A DNA stretch of 30,829 nucleotides from Anaerolineaceae bacterium (GTDB lineage Bacteria > Chloroflexota > Anaerolineae > Anaerolineales > Anaerolineaceae): positions 1 through 30,829 of the forward strand of contig JBDKTF010000538.1 in assembly GCA_039680295.1 (NCBI GenBank), given 5' to 3'. Of this stretch, positions 8,555-16,884 are shown piece after piece. How positions within the stretch are numbered: the first letter of the stretch is position 1; each line of letters starts with the position of its first letter. Made by a program: the position numbers and the translations under genes. Under the pieces are notes generated by a model. That model did not search any database. It saw only the letters and a list, made by a program, of their open reading frames with translations, and was not told the DNA's origin.

Positions 8555-9478
8555 ATGGACTCTTCTATTCTGATTTACGGTTCCGGCGCGATGGCTTGCC
8601 TGGCTGCCGCCCGACTATCCGCTGCGGGTGCGGATGTGGTCATGCTGGACGCCTGGGAGGACGGCATCAGAGCGCTTGCAAACGGTGTGGCGCTCACGAC
8701 ACCTGACGGGGAAACGCATATCCACCCCGTTCGAGCAGCCACATCACCGTCGCCAGAATTTCACCCATCCTTCGCATTGGTTCTGGTTAAATCCTGGCAA
8801 ACAGCGCAGGCTGCCAGCGTTCTAGCGAACTGTCTGTCACCTACAGGCATGGCAGTCACACTGCAAAACGGTCTTGGAAACCTGGAAATTCTCATCGCCG
8901 CGTTGGGGAAAGACCGCGCCCGGGCTGGAAGCGCCACCTTTGGCGCCACATTGCTTGCCCCCGGGCACGTCCGCGCCTCTGGATCTGGTGTTCTGACCCT
9001 CGATTCCGACCCCCGATTGGACCCACTGGCTGCCCTCTTTCATAACGCAGATATACCCATCATGCGCAGCGCGGAGATGCAAACCGTTTTGTGGCGAAAA
9101 GTGCTGATCAATGCCGCCATTAACCCCTTGACAGCACTGATGGGCATCCCCAATGGTCGCCTGATTCAAAATTCTCCCCTCTTCTCGCTGGTGCAAAATA
9201 TCCTGACGGAAGGCGTATGCGTAGCCGCTTCCGAAGGATTCAGTTTCTCTGAATCCGAATTATTCCAACAGGTGATGGCGGTTTGCGCAGACACCGCCGA
9301 CAACCGCTCCTCCATGCTCCAGGATATCCAGCGTGGTGCGCCAACCGAAATTGATGCCATATGCGGTGCCATCCAGACAGCTGGGAATCGTCATGGAATC
9401 ATGACCCCCGTTTTGAATACGCTCATCCAACTCATTCATGCCCGAACAGCCCTCATATCGAACGGGCATGGAATTTAA
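8555..9478 (+). CDS. panE: 2-dehydropantoate 2-reductase
   Basis: GSGAMA Rossmann-like start, LVKSWQT, LQNGLGN, WRKVLINAAINPLTAL, NRSSMLQD, TEIDAICG. Confidence 0.93.
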   Translation: MDSSILIYGSGAMACLAAARLSAAGADVVMLDAWEDGIRALANGVALTTPDGETHIHPVRAATSPSPEFHPSFALVLVKSWQTAQAASVLANCLSPTGMAVTLQNGLGNLEILIAALGKDRARAGSATFGATLLAPGHVRASGSGVLTLDSDPRLDPLAALFHNADIPIMRSAEMQTVLWRKVLINAAINPLTALMGIPNGRLIQNSPLFSLVQNILTEGVCVAASEGFSFSESELFQQVMAVCADTADNRSSMLQDIQRGAPTEIDAICGAIQTAGNRHGIMTPVLNTLIQLIHARTALISNGHGI

Positions 9479-9499
9479 TTAACAAAAGGAGAATAGACT

Positions 9500-10339
9500 A
9501 TGGTTAAAGTCGTTACCACTTTTGAAGAATTACGCGCTGCGCGGAAGGCGCTGCCGGAACCTGTTGGGCTGGTTCCAACAATGGGTTTCCTGCATGAAGG
9601 TCACCTTTCACTGGTTCGCCGCGCGAAAGAGAAATGCGCTTCAGTCGTGGTCAGTATCTTTGTCAACCCCACACAATTCGGTCCCACAGAAGACCTCGCC
9701 GCCTACCCCAGAGATCTCGACCATGATGTAGCGTTGCTGGAATCTGCAGGGGTGGATGTGGTCTGGGCGCCAACCCCTGAAGGCATGTACCCGCCCGATT
9801 ATCAAACCTGGGTCACTGTTGATAACGTCACAAAGCCATTGGAAGGTGCCCGACGCCCCACGCACTTCCGCGGCGTCACCACAGTGGTTGCCAAGCTTTT
9901 TATTGGCGTACAACCGCAAATGGCATTCTTTGGTCAAAAAGACGCGCAGCAAGTGGTGGTTCTGAAACAAATGGCGCGCGATTTGAATTTCCCGATTGAA
10001 TTGGAAGTATGCCCAATTGTTCGGGAATCGGATGGATTGGCACGCTCCAGCCGTAACACATATCTAAATCCTCAGGAACGGCAGGCGGCGTTATGTCTGA
10101 GTAAATCACTGGCTGCCGCACGCCAGGCGTATGCAGACGGTGAACGGGACGCTCACCGTTTGATCGAGACAGTGATGGGTGTATTGAACCGCGAACCGCT
10201 GGCAAAAGTTCATTATGTTTCCTGCGCAGACACGAACACGTTGGAAGAACTGGACACCATTAAAGAAAAAGCTCTGATTTCAATGGCAGTTTATATTGGC
10301 AAGACGCGTTTGATCGATAATCTCATTTTGGGAGATTAA
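9500..10339 (+). CDS. panC: Pantoate--beta-alanine ligase
   Basis: PTMGFLHEGH, SIFVNPTQF, RPTHFRGV, FGQKDAQQ, RLIDN; AAGGAG RBS. Confidence 0.97.
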   Translation: MVKVVTTFEELRAARKALPEPVGLVPTMGFLHEGHLSLVRRAKEKCASVVVSIFVNPTQFGPTEDLAAYPRDLDHDVALLESAGVDVVWAPTPEGMYPPDYQTWVTVDNVTKPLEGARRPTHFRGVTTVVAKLFIGVQPQMAFFGQKDAQQVVVLKQMARDLNFPIELEVCPIVRESDGLARSSRNTYLNPQERQAALCLSKSLAAARQAYADGERDAHRLIETVMGVLNREPLAKVHYVSCADTNTLEELDTIKEKALISMAVYIGKTRLIDNLILGD

Positions 10340-10353
10340 TGATCTTTCTCCAG

Positions 10354-10390
10354 CACTGACCGGTAGCGACGAATTCACTGCCGGTCAGTG
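10354..10390 (+). terminator. Probable terminator after panC
   Basis: CACTGACCGGTAG / CTGCCGGTCAGTG stem with one G-U pair, followed by T-rich sequence. Confidence 0.6.
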
Positions 10391-10432
10391 TTTGCAGTAT
10401 TTTTATATTTTCAAAATGCTATCAAATGATCA

Positions 10433-10441
10433 TGATATAAT
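10433..10441 (+). promoter_or_regulatory. Extended -10 promoter element for the partner-switching operon
   Basis: TGaTATAAT, 55 nt upstream of the STAS gene ATG; no clear -35. Confidence 0.55.
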
Positions 10442-10496
10442 AATTTGTCGTTTGTAATTCCCATTTCCTTCACAACCCTAACATTGGAGGCAAATC

Positions 10497-10832
10497 ATGG
10501 AAATTAGCACCTCTCAGTTCAAACGCTGCGATCTGGTCAAAGTAACCGGACGGATCGACAGCTTCACAGCGCCGACACTCGCCGAAACCTTTAATACCAT
10601 TCAAGAATCGGGTCAATTTAAAATCGTTTTTGATATGAGCGGTGTCGAATATGTTTCCAGCTCGGGGTTGCGGGTGATGATTAACACCCAAAAAGCTTGC
10701 AAGCGTTACAACCGCGGTGAGCTGGTTCTGGCAGGCGTCCCTGAACGGGTGATGTCATCGCTCAATCTGGCAGGCTTTGTCCCCATTTTCACAATCTATG
10801 ACGATGCCACAACCGCTGTTGGAAATTTCTAA
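10497..10832 (+). CDS. STAS-domain anti-sigma-factor antagonist (RsbV/SpoIIAA-like)
   Basis: GRIDSFTAP and FDMSGVEYVSSSGLRV (phosphorylatable Ser region); GGAGG RBS. Confidence 0.92.
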   Translation: MEISTSQFKRCDLVKVTGRIDSFTAPTLAETFNTIQESGQFKIVFDMSGVEYVSSSGLRVMINTQKACKRYNRGELVLAGVPERVMSSLNLAGFVPIFTIYDDATTAVGNF

Positions 10833-10849
10833 AACAGATAACGGCTCGG

Positions 10850-11269
10850 ATGATAACCGCTCGATTTCCAGGTCGTTATGATAGTCTGTCTGCGATCAAC
10901 GGCTTCTATTCTTCAGCAGTAAATGAAGCCGGCTTTGATCAGGATGCATCTTACGCGATTCTCATGGCAGTAGATGAAGCCTGTTCAAATATCATCGATC
11001 ACGCCTATGGTGGGGAAAACATCGGCGAGATCATTTGCTCCTACGAATTAACCCCGGATGAGATTCTCATTGTCCTGCAGGATTTTGGGCAGCCCTTCGA
11101 TCCCGCGGATGTGCCACCTCCGGATTTGGAATCTGCTTTGGAATCCCGTCCAGAACGTGGGCTGGGATTATATTTCATGCGCAAACTGATGGATTGCGTT
11201 ACCTTCCGTTTTTCTCCCGAACAGGGAAATATTCTCACCATGACCAAACGCAAGGAGAACCGCTCTTGA
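10850..11269 (+). CDS. Anti-sigma-factor-type Ser/Thr kinase (RsbW/SpoIIAB-like GHKL ATPase)
   Basis: EACSNIIDHAY (N box), DFGQPFD (G1), RGLGLYFM (G2). Confidence 0.92.
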   Translation: MITARFPGRYDSLSAINGFYSSAVNEAGFDQDASYAILMAVDEACSNIIDHAYGGENIGEIICSYELTPDEILIVLQDFGQPFDPADVPPPDLESALESRPERGLGLYFMRKLMDCVTFRFSPEQGNILTMTKRKENRS

Positions 11270-14200
11270 CGCCAGTCAGTTCGATGGGATGGAAACAATT
11301 CCTCGATCTTGGCGAATCTCTCCTCCAACAGACCAGTCTGGCTGCACAACGGGATTTGATCCTGAAAACAGTCTCTGCTCTGTTGGAGGGGACGGTTCAT
11401 CTCTGGCTGGCTGAGCCACACCATCACTTACCCGGCGCGCCTGAACTCCCGCCCACCCCTCAGAGCCAGATGACTGAACTCATGCACGCTGCTTGTGATC
11501 AGCGGCAGGTTCTGTGCATCTCAGCTCAAAATCCATCCTTTTTTACTCCCCTTCCCTGTCAACAGGTTATTTCTGTGGCGATCCCGCTGATCACGCAGGA
11601 TACATTATTGGGTGTCTTGCAGGTAGATCAAAAAAATGGAAACTTTATTTCTCCACAGGAACTGGATTACCTGGAGGGATTTTCCTCCCACGCTGCCGTT
11701 GCTCTGATGGTAAATCGCCAGGTGGCTGTGAAAAACTGGCGGTTTGAGCAGTTGATGTTGGTTCGCAAAGTTGGCGCGCAGATCGCCAATATGTTGGACG
11801 TGGATGAACTGGCGAACCGCGTTACCGGGCTGATACAGAACACCTTCAGGTACTATTATGTTTCCATATATACGCTCGAAATCGGAAGCGAATATCTGCG
11901 CTTTCGAGCCTGCGCCGGTCCGCGCGCAGATCTGATCCGCCAGAAACCACCCACACCCCGCATGGGAGAAGGCATGGTGGGATTCTGCGCTCAATCCGGG
12001 AAAGAGATCATTGCGGCGAATGTGTCACAGGAACCGCGTTACCGTTACGTCGATTCACTTCCCGAGACCTTATCAGAAGCATCTTTCCCACTCAAGATTG
12101 AGAACCGCGTACTGGGCGTTCTGGATGTGCAAAGCAACCTGCCAGACAATTTCCACGAAATGGATATTATGGTCTTGCAGGCGCTGGCAAACAATATCGC
12201 GATTGCTTTGGAAGAAGCCAGTCTCTATGACGATTTATTGAAACGGGCTGACCAACTGGCAGCTGTATCTGAAGTCGGTCGGGCGCTTACCTCCATCCTT
12301 GATCTGGATGCGCTGCTGGAAGAAGTGGTCACGCTTCTTCAAAAACGCTTTGGCTATCCATTTGTACATGTCTTTACCGTGCACCCCGGGCGGAGAAAAG
12401 TGGTTTACCGTGCAGGTAGCGGTCACCGGTCAGACGAATACAAAAACCGCGAAATCGAATATGACCTCGACTCTCCCCGCGGGATGATTTGCTGGGTGGC
12501 GCGTGAAGGAAAAACGCTGGTCGCCAATGACGTCAAGGTGGAACCCCTTTACCTGCCCTCGGAACTCCCCCCCGATGAAACCCGTTCTGAAATGGCTGTG
12601 CCGTTTGTGTTCGGCGGTGATGTTCTCGGTGTGTTGGATGTTCAGAGCGACCGTCTGAATGCATTTGAACCCCACGACGTCGATCTATTTGAAGCGCTGG
12701 CAGATAATGTTTCCATCGCCATCCGGAATGCTTCGGTGTTCCAATCTGAAAAATGGCGGCGGCGGGTAGCAGAAAGCCTGCGGGATGTCGCCGGATTACT
12801 CTCTGAAGAAGTGGCATTGGATCAGGTCCTGAATGCCATCTTGAATGAACTTAACCGCAATCTGCCTTGTGACGCCACTGCCATCTGGCTCATCGATAGT
12901 TCCGCTCCAAACCCGGCAGTGGAAGGTGAACCGCAGAAACCCCGTCTGCATCTTGCGGCTACCAGTGGCGCCGATAATGAAAAGATGCTCGCGGCTCTGG
13001 ATGCCAACCCGGAAACGTACAATTGGTTGTTAAATTCCATTGATCAGATGGAACCTGTTGTGCGAAAGCCGCAGGATCCGTATGGACCCTTGGGGGCGTC
13101 AATGGGGTTCCCGCCAGATTATTCCTCCATCGCAGCGCCTTTACGGTCTGGTGATCATTCGCTGGGAGTTTTAACTCTGGCGCACCACACCCCCGGGCGC
13201 TACGGGCTTGAATCACGCGCCATGACCGCCACTTTTGGCAGTTACGCTTCGATCGCGATTGAGAACAACCAGCTTTATGCTTCCTCACAGGAACAGGCGT
13301 GGGTGGCAACCGTGATGCTCCAGGTGGCGGAAGCCTCGCAAAGCATCACCAATACAGAGGAGCTGTTATCCACCATCGTGCGCCTGACACCCCTTTTGGT
13401 TGGGATCAAAGGCTGTGCAATGTTCTCGTGGGATGAGAATAACGAAACATTTCATCTGGCAGATGCGTATGGCATTCATCCACGGCATGAGGATGAATTT
13501 GCCAGTTCCATCATCCTTCCCGGAACGGCGCCGGCTTTCGATGAACTACGGTTTGGCAAAGCCCCGGTTTACATACAGGATGTTCAGCACGATTTGCATC
13601 TTTCTGCCGAAGCTGCCGCCGAACTGGATATCGATTCGTTCATTTTGCTTCCCCTGCTGGCGCGCGGTGAGATTATGGGCGCCTTTCTGGTGGAATATCG
13701 ACCCCGTACGCACTACGGCGCGCACGCAGAGAACGGAGATGACCAGCGTCTGGCGATTCTGCAGGGGATCGCACAGCAGACTTCTGTGGCGCTCGAAAAC
13801 ATTCGTCTGCTGGAAGCCAAACAGGAAGAAGCCTATGTTACGGCTGTTTTGCTGCAAGTGGCGCAAGCGGTGGTTGGCTATAACAATCTGGATGATATTT
13901 TGGAAACCATCATCCACATCCTGCCGATCCTTGTTGGCATCGATAGTGCCGTATTTTATCTCTGGGATGCCAGCCGGTTGTTGTTCAAGCCTTCTCATGC
14001 CTATACCGGGCATCATGCCGCCGAAAAGAATCTTCAGAATCATCTTTACGAACCCGGCGATTTTCCGATTCTGGATGTGGTGCGAAATAAAGATAAACCA
14101 TTGGTCCTGCCGGTGCCTGAAAAGATTACTGCGCCCGAACAATGGTCTGAAATTATCATTCCCAAAGGGCTGCCTGGCTCTGACGAAACGATCAAAAGCT

Positions 14201-15120
14201 CCAATCCCCTGCTGATGGCATTTCCTCTTTCGGTGAAGGGGGATGTTTTCGGGGTGATGATTGCAGCGGAAGACAGCGGCGCGCAGCATTTTCGTGAGCG
14301 GCGCATGGAAATTTTGACCGGCATCGCCCAGCAAGTGGCGCTGGCTATTCAAAATGATCGCCTGCGGCATGAGATGGTCGGACGAGAACGCCTGGAACGG
14401 GAATTCCAACTGGCGCGCGAGATTCAACAAACGTTCCTGCCCAATGAACTCCCGTCCATAGACGGTTGGGATATGGATGTACGCTGGCGCCCTGCCCGCC
14501 AGGTGGGTGGTGATTTTTATGATCTCTTCGAACTGCCCAATGGAAAGCTGGGCGTGGTGATCGCGGATGTTTCAGATAAAGGGATGCCCGCAGCGCTGTA
14601 CATGACAGTGACCCGCACGCTTGTACGCGCCACTGCCCAGGAAGGCAATTCACCGGCGCAGACTCTGACAAGTGTAAATGAATTGCTGCTCACCGAAACA
14701 CAAAACGGGATGTTTATTACCACGTTTTATGCCATCCTTGATCCGCAGACCGGAAGCGTTACCTATGCGAATGCCGGGCATAATATCCCCTTTATTTTGC
14801 GCTTCGAACAGACCTGTGTCGAAAAACTGGAACGCGGCGGCGTGGCGCTCGGCGCCATGGAAGATATTCACCTGGAAGACAGGCACGTTCAACTCTATCC
14901 GGGTGATTGTATGTTGATGTACACCGATGGAATCACAGAAGCCTTTGCCCCCGACGGTTCGATTTTCGGCGAAGAACGTCTGGAGCAGATCCTCGCCTAC
15001 ACCTGCTGCCGAAGCGCCGAGACCCTACTGAACGAAGTCGACACCGCGCTTGTAGAATTCCAGGGAAATTTACCCCCCTCCGACGATGTCACGATGCTGG
15101 CATTGCGCCGCACCAATTAG
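11266..15120 (+). CDS. Multi-GAF (six) PP2C/SpoIIE-family phosphatase (RsbU-like), ~1284 aa
   Basis: Six GAF-sized blocks, each ending in an A(I/V)A(I/L)xN-type helix. C-terminal AREIQ..FLP, VGGDFYD, IADVSDKG, YTDGITE and DDVTML (metal-binding Asp residues intact). Start placed at TTG 11266 (AAGGAG RBS; TTGA overlap with the kinase stop). Confidence 0.9.
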   Translation: MTPVSSMGWKQFLDLGESLLQQTSLAAQRDLILKTVSALLEGTVHLWLAEPHHHLPGAPELPPTPQSQMTELMHAACDQRQVLCISAQNPSFFTPLPCQQVISVAIPLITQDTLLGVLQVDQKNGNFISPQELDYLEGFSSHAAVALMVNRQVAVKNWRFEQLMLVRKVGAQIANMLDVDELANRVTGLIQNTFRYYYVSIYTLEIGSEYLRFRACAGPRADLIRQKPPTPRMGEGMVGFCAQSGKEIIAANVSQEPRYRYVDSLPETLSEASFPLKIENRVLGVLDVQSNLPDNFHEMDIMVLQALANNIAIALEEASLYDDLLKRADQLAAVSEVGRALTSILDLDALLEEVVTLLQKRFGYPFVHVFTVHPGRRKVVYRAGSGHRSDEYKNREIEYDLDSPRGMICWVAREGKTLVANDVKVEPLYLPSELPPDETRSEMAVPFVFGGDVLGVLDVQSDRLNAFEPHDVDLFEALADNVSIAIRNASVFQSEKWRRRVAESLRDVAGLLSEEVALDQVLNAILNELNRNLPCDATAIWLIDSSAPNPAVEGEPQKPRLHLAATSGADNEKMLAALDANPETYNWLLNSIDQMEPVVRKPQDPYGPLGASMGFPPDYSSIAAPLRSGDHSLGVLTLAHHTPGRYGLESRAMTATFGSYASIAIENNQLYASSQEQAWVATVMLQVAEASQSITNTEELLSTIVRLTPLLVGIKGCAMFSWDENNETFHLADAYGIHPRHEDEFASSIILPGTAPAFDELRFGKAPVYIQDVQHDLHLSAEAAAELDIDSFILLPLLARGEIMGAFLVEYRPRTHYGAHAENGDDQRLAILQGIAQQTSVALENIRLLEAKQEEAYVTAVLLQVAQAVVGYNNLDDILETIIHILPILVGIDSAVFYLWDASRLLFKPSHAYTGHHAAEKNLQNHLYEPGDFPILDVVRNKDKPLVLPVPEKITAPEQWSEIIIPKGLPGSDETIKSSNPLLMAFPLSVKGDVFGVMIAAEDSGAQHFRERRMEILTGIAQQVALAIQNDRLRHEMVGRERLEREFQLAREIQQTFLPNELPSIDGWDMDVRWRPARQVGGDFYDLFELPNGKLGVVIADVSDKGMPAALYMTVTRTLVRATAQEGNSPAQTLTSVNELLLTETQNGMFITTFYAILDPQTGSVTYANAGHNIPFILRFEQTCVEKLERGGVALGAMEDIHLEDRHVQLYPGDCMLMYTDGITEAFAPDGSIFGEERLEQILAYTCCRSAETLLNEVDTALVEFQGNLPPSDDVTMLALRRTN

Positions 15121-15126
15121 AAAATC

Positions 15127-16872
15127 TCACGACTGGCAAATCAATACCGGAACCCGCGTCTCACGCAGCACTCGATCAACCGTGCTGTCGACAAACATTT
15201 CCACGACCGGTCCCGATCCATATCCACCCATCAAAATCATGTTGCTGCCCTGCTCTTTTGCGGTTTGAATGATCACCTGCTGGGTGTTCCCGGTTCGCGC
15301 CAGATATCTTGCTTCTGTACGATGTTTCTTAAGATATCGTTCAGCCTGCGCCAGTATTTTGCGAGCCTTTTGCTCGGTATCCATCACCGTGAGAACGCAT
15401 AAATCGTAATGATATTTGCGCGCATAATATACTGAGACAAATAATGCTTCGCGTGATTTCTCGCTGCCGTCAAAAGCCAACAGCAGGCGATCGACGGTTG
15501 TGCAGACATCGGGAACTGCCAGCACCGGGCATGGGCAGCGGCGTAAAATGGTATGAAAACCGGAGGTCATCTTGGCAATCATCTGCTGCGCGGGTGGATA
15601 AGTCATATTGAGAATCACCAGATCATTGAACACTGCCCGTTCGCACACAACCCTGGCAACTTCACCACTGGCAACCGCCAGCGAACCTTCCACACCGCCG
15701 TCCCGGCACATGGCGTCAAAATGCTCCCGAACGGCTGCTTCGTCCTGGGGTTCAACATCCTCGTCGCTCATATGTAGCCCATGGATCTGTCCATGTTCGC
15801 GCTGCGCCAGGACGATCGCCTGTTCGACCGCCGACCAACCCGAATCACCCCCACGGACACCCACCAACAAATCGACGAACAAGGTATCACGGTGTTTTCT
15901 TTTCTCTTTGACCCATTCGCCGCTCTGAAAACTGGGTTCCAGCGCATCAGGAATGAGCCGGTCCAGCAAATTTGAAGTGATCCGTCGTAGTTCCCAGATC
16001 AGACGTGGGCTCATTTCACGCACAAAATTCTTCGCCGCCATTTCAGGACGAATCTGCCATCCCAATTCATGCTGGATATACTCGCGATGTTCTGATATCC
16101 ATAAATACAAATCGGCTTCGGTTCTTCCGGGGAATTCACGCAGCACGCCCCGCTCACGGATAATATTGACCACCGGCAAATATACCGTTTCGTACCAGTG
16201 AAGCACAGCCTCATCCATCGTCACATCGCGTTTAAGATCAATGCCCATGAAATAGTGATGCACCCGAATATGCTCATACAAACGTGGGTAACCTCCCGGA
16301 ACGGTCACCTCAATCTTTACATCAGGCAGAATTTCATCCAGATGCGTTTCATTCAGAAGATCCGCCTGTTCTGCTTTAATGATCAGCTCATCGGGAGTTA
16401 CATCTGCCGTCAACGGAACTTTTGTTTTCACCTCGATGACATATGCCTGAATATATTTTGCCCCCAAACGTCTCGCCACCGAAACCCGGTGATGCCCATC
16501 GCGCACAAAATATGCTTCCCCGATTTTGTATACCTGGATCGGTTCCAACCCCGGGGCGCCTGGTTTGACAATGATCGATTTCACCCTTGCCCAACGTTCT
16601 GCATCGCTCTGATGCCGCGGTAAAAAACTGCGGGTGAAATCGGTATAGCGACCCACACTGCCGACAATTGATTTAATGGGAATATCCTGCAAACCGCGGT
16701 CAGAGCCCCCGCTGATGTGCAGTTTGTGGACGACATCGTCAAACGAGAGGAGATCGGCAGATTTCCCCCTCAGGTGGGAGGAAATCTGCTCCAACGCAGC
16801 CAGATCACGGGCGTGATGAAAATCATTGACTGCCTGTGAATAATCAGATTGAGTAACAGAATCAAAAGTCAT
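15127..16872 (-). CDS. ParB/sulfiredoxin-like N-terminal domain (DUF4032-like) fused to two universal stress protein (USP) domains
   Basis: IVGSVGRY.DF.R.FLP, PIQVYKIG.AYFVRDGHHRVSVA and RTEADLYLW, then two USP repeats (LLVGV..G...DLVIL...PCPVLAV; LLLAFDGS...MILMGGYG...VLRETRVPVLI). Confidence 0.8.
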   Translation of the reverse strand: MTFDSVTQSDYSQAVNDFHHARDLAALEQISSHLRGKSADLLSFDDVVHKLHISGGSDRGLQDIPIKSIVGSVGRYTDFTRSFLPRHQSDAERWARVKSIIVKPGAPGLEPIQVYKIGEAYFVRDGHHRVSVARRLGAKYIQAYVIEVKTKVPLTADVTPDELIIKAEQADLLNETHLDEILPDVKIEVTVPGGYPRLYEHIRVHHYFMGIDLKRDVTMDEAVLHWYETVYLPVVNIIRERGVLREFPGRTEADLYLWISEHREYIQHELGWQIRPEMAAKNFVREMSPRLIWELRRITSNLLDRLIPDALEPSFQSGEWVKEKRKHRDTLFVDLLVGVRGGDSGWSAVEQAIVLAQREHGQIHGLHMSDEDVEPQDEAAVREHFDAMCRDGGVEGSLAVASGEVARVVCERAVFNDLVILNMTYPPAQQMIAKMTSGFHTILRRCPCPVLAVPDVCTTVDRLLLAFDGSEKSREALFVSVYYARKYHYDLCVLTVMDTEQKARKILAQAERYLKKHRTEARYLARTGNTQQVIIQTAKEQGSNMILMGGYGSGPVVEMFVDSTVDRVLRETRVPVLICQS

Positions 16873-16884
16873 TGAAAACCATAT

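Noticed and set aside
11194-11265. Upstream in-frame extensions given by the ORF track (also for nuoB, nuoCD, panB, mnmA, iscS, sensor, padR, Nudix, M1 peptidase and rplY)
   Set aside because: They overlap neighbouring genes or promoters and lack an RBS; downstream starts with SD sequences or start/stop coupling fit better.
11266-14370. Phytochrome or cyanobacteriochrome photosensory GAF domains
   Set aside because: No DIP/PxCH-type bilin-binding motifs are present.
15127-16872. Chromosome-partitioning ParB
   Set aside because: No parA neighbour and no recognisable HTH/dimerisation region; the C-terminus is USP.
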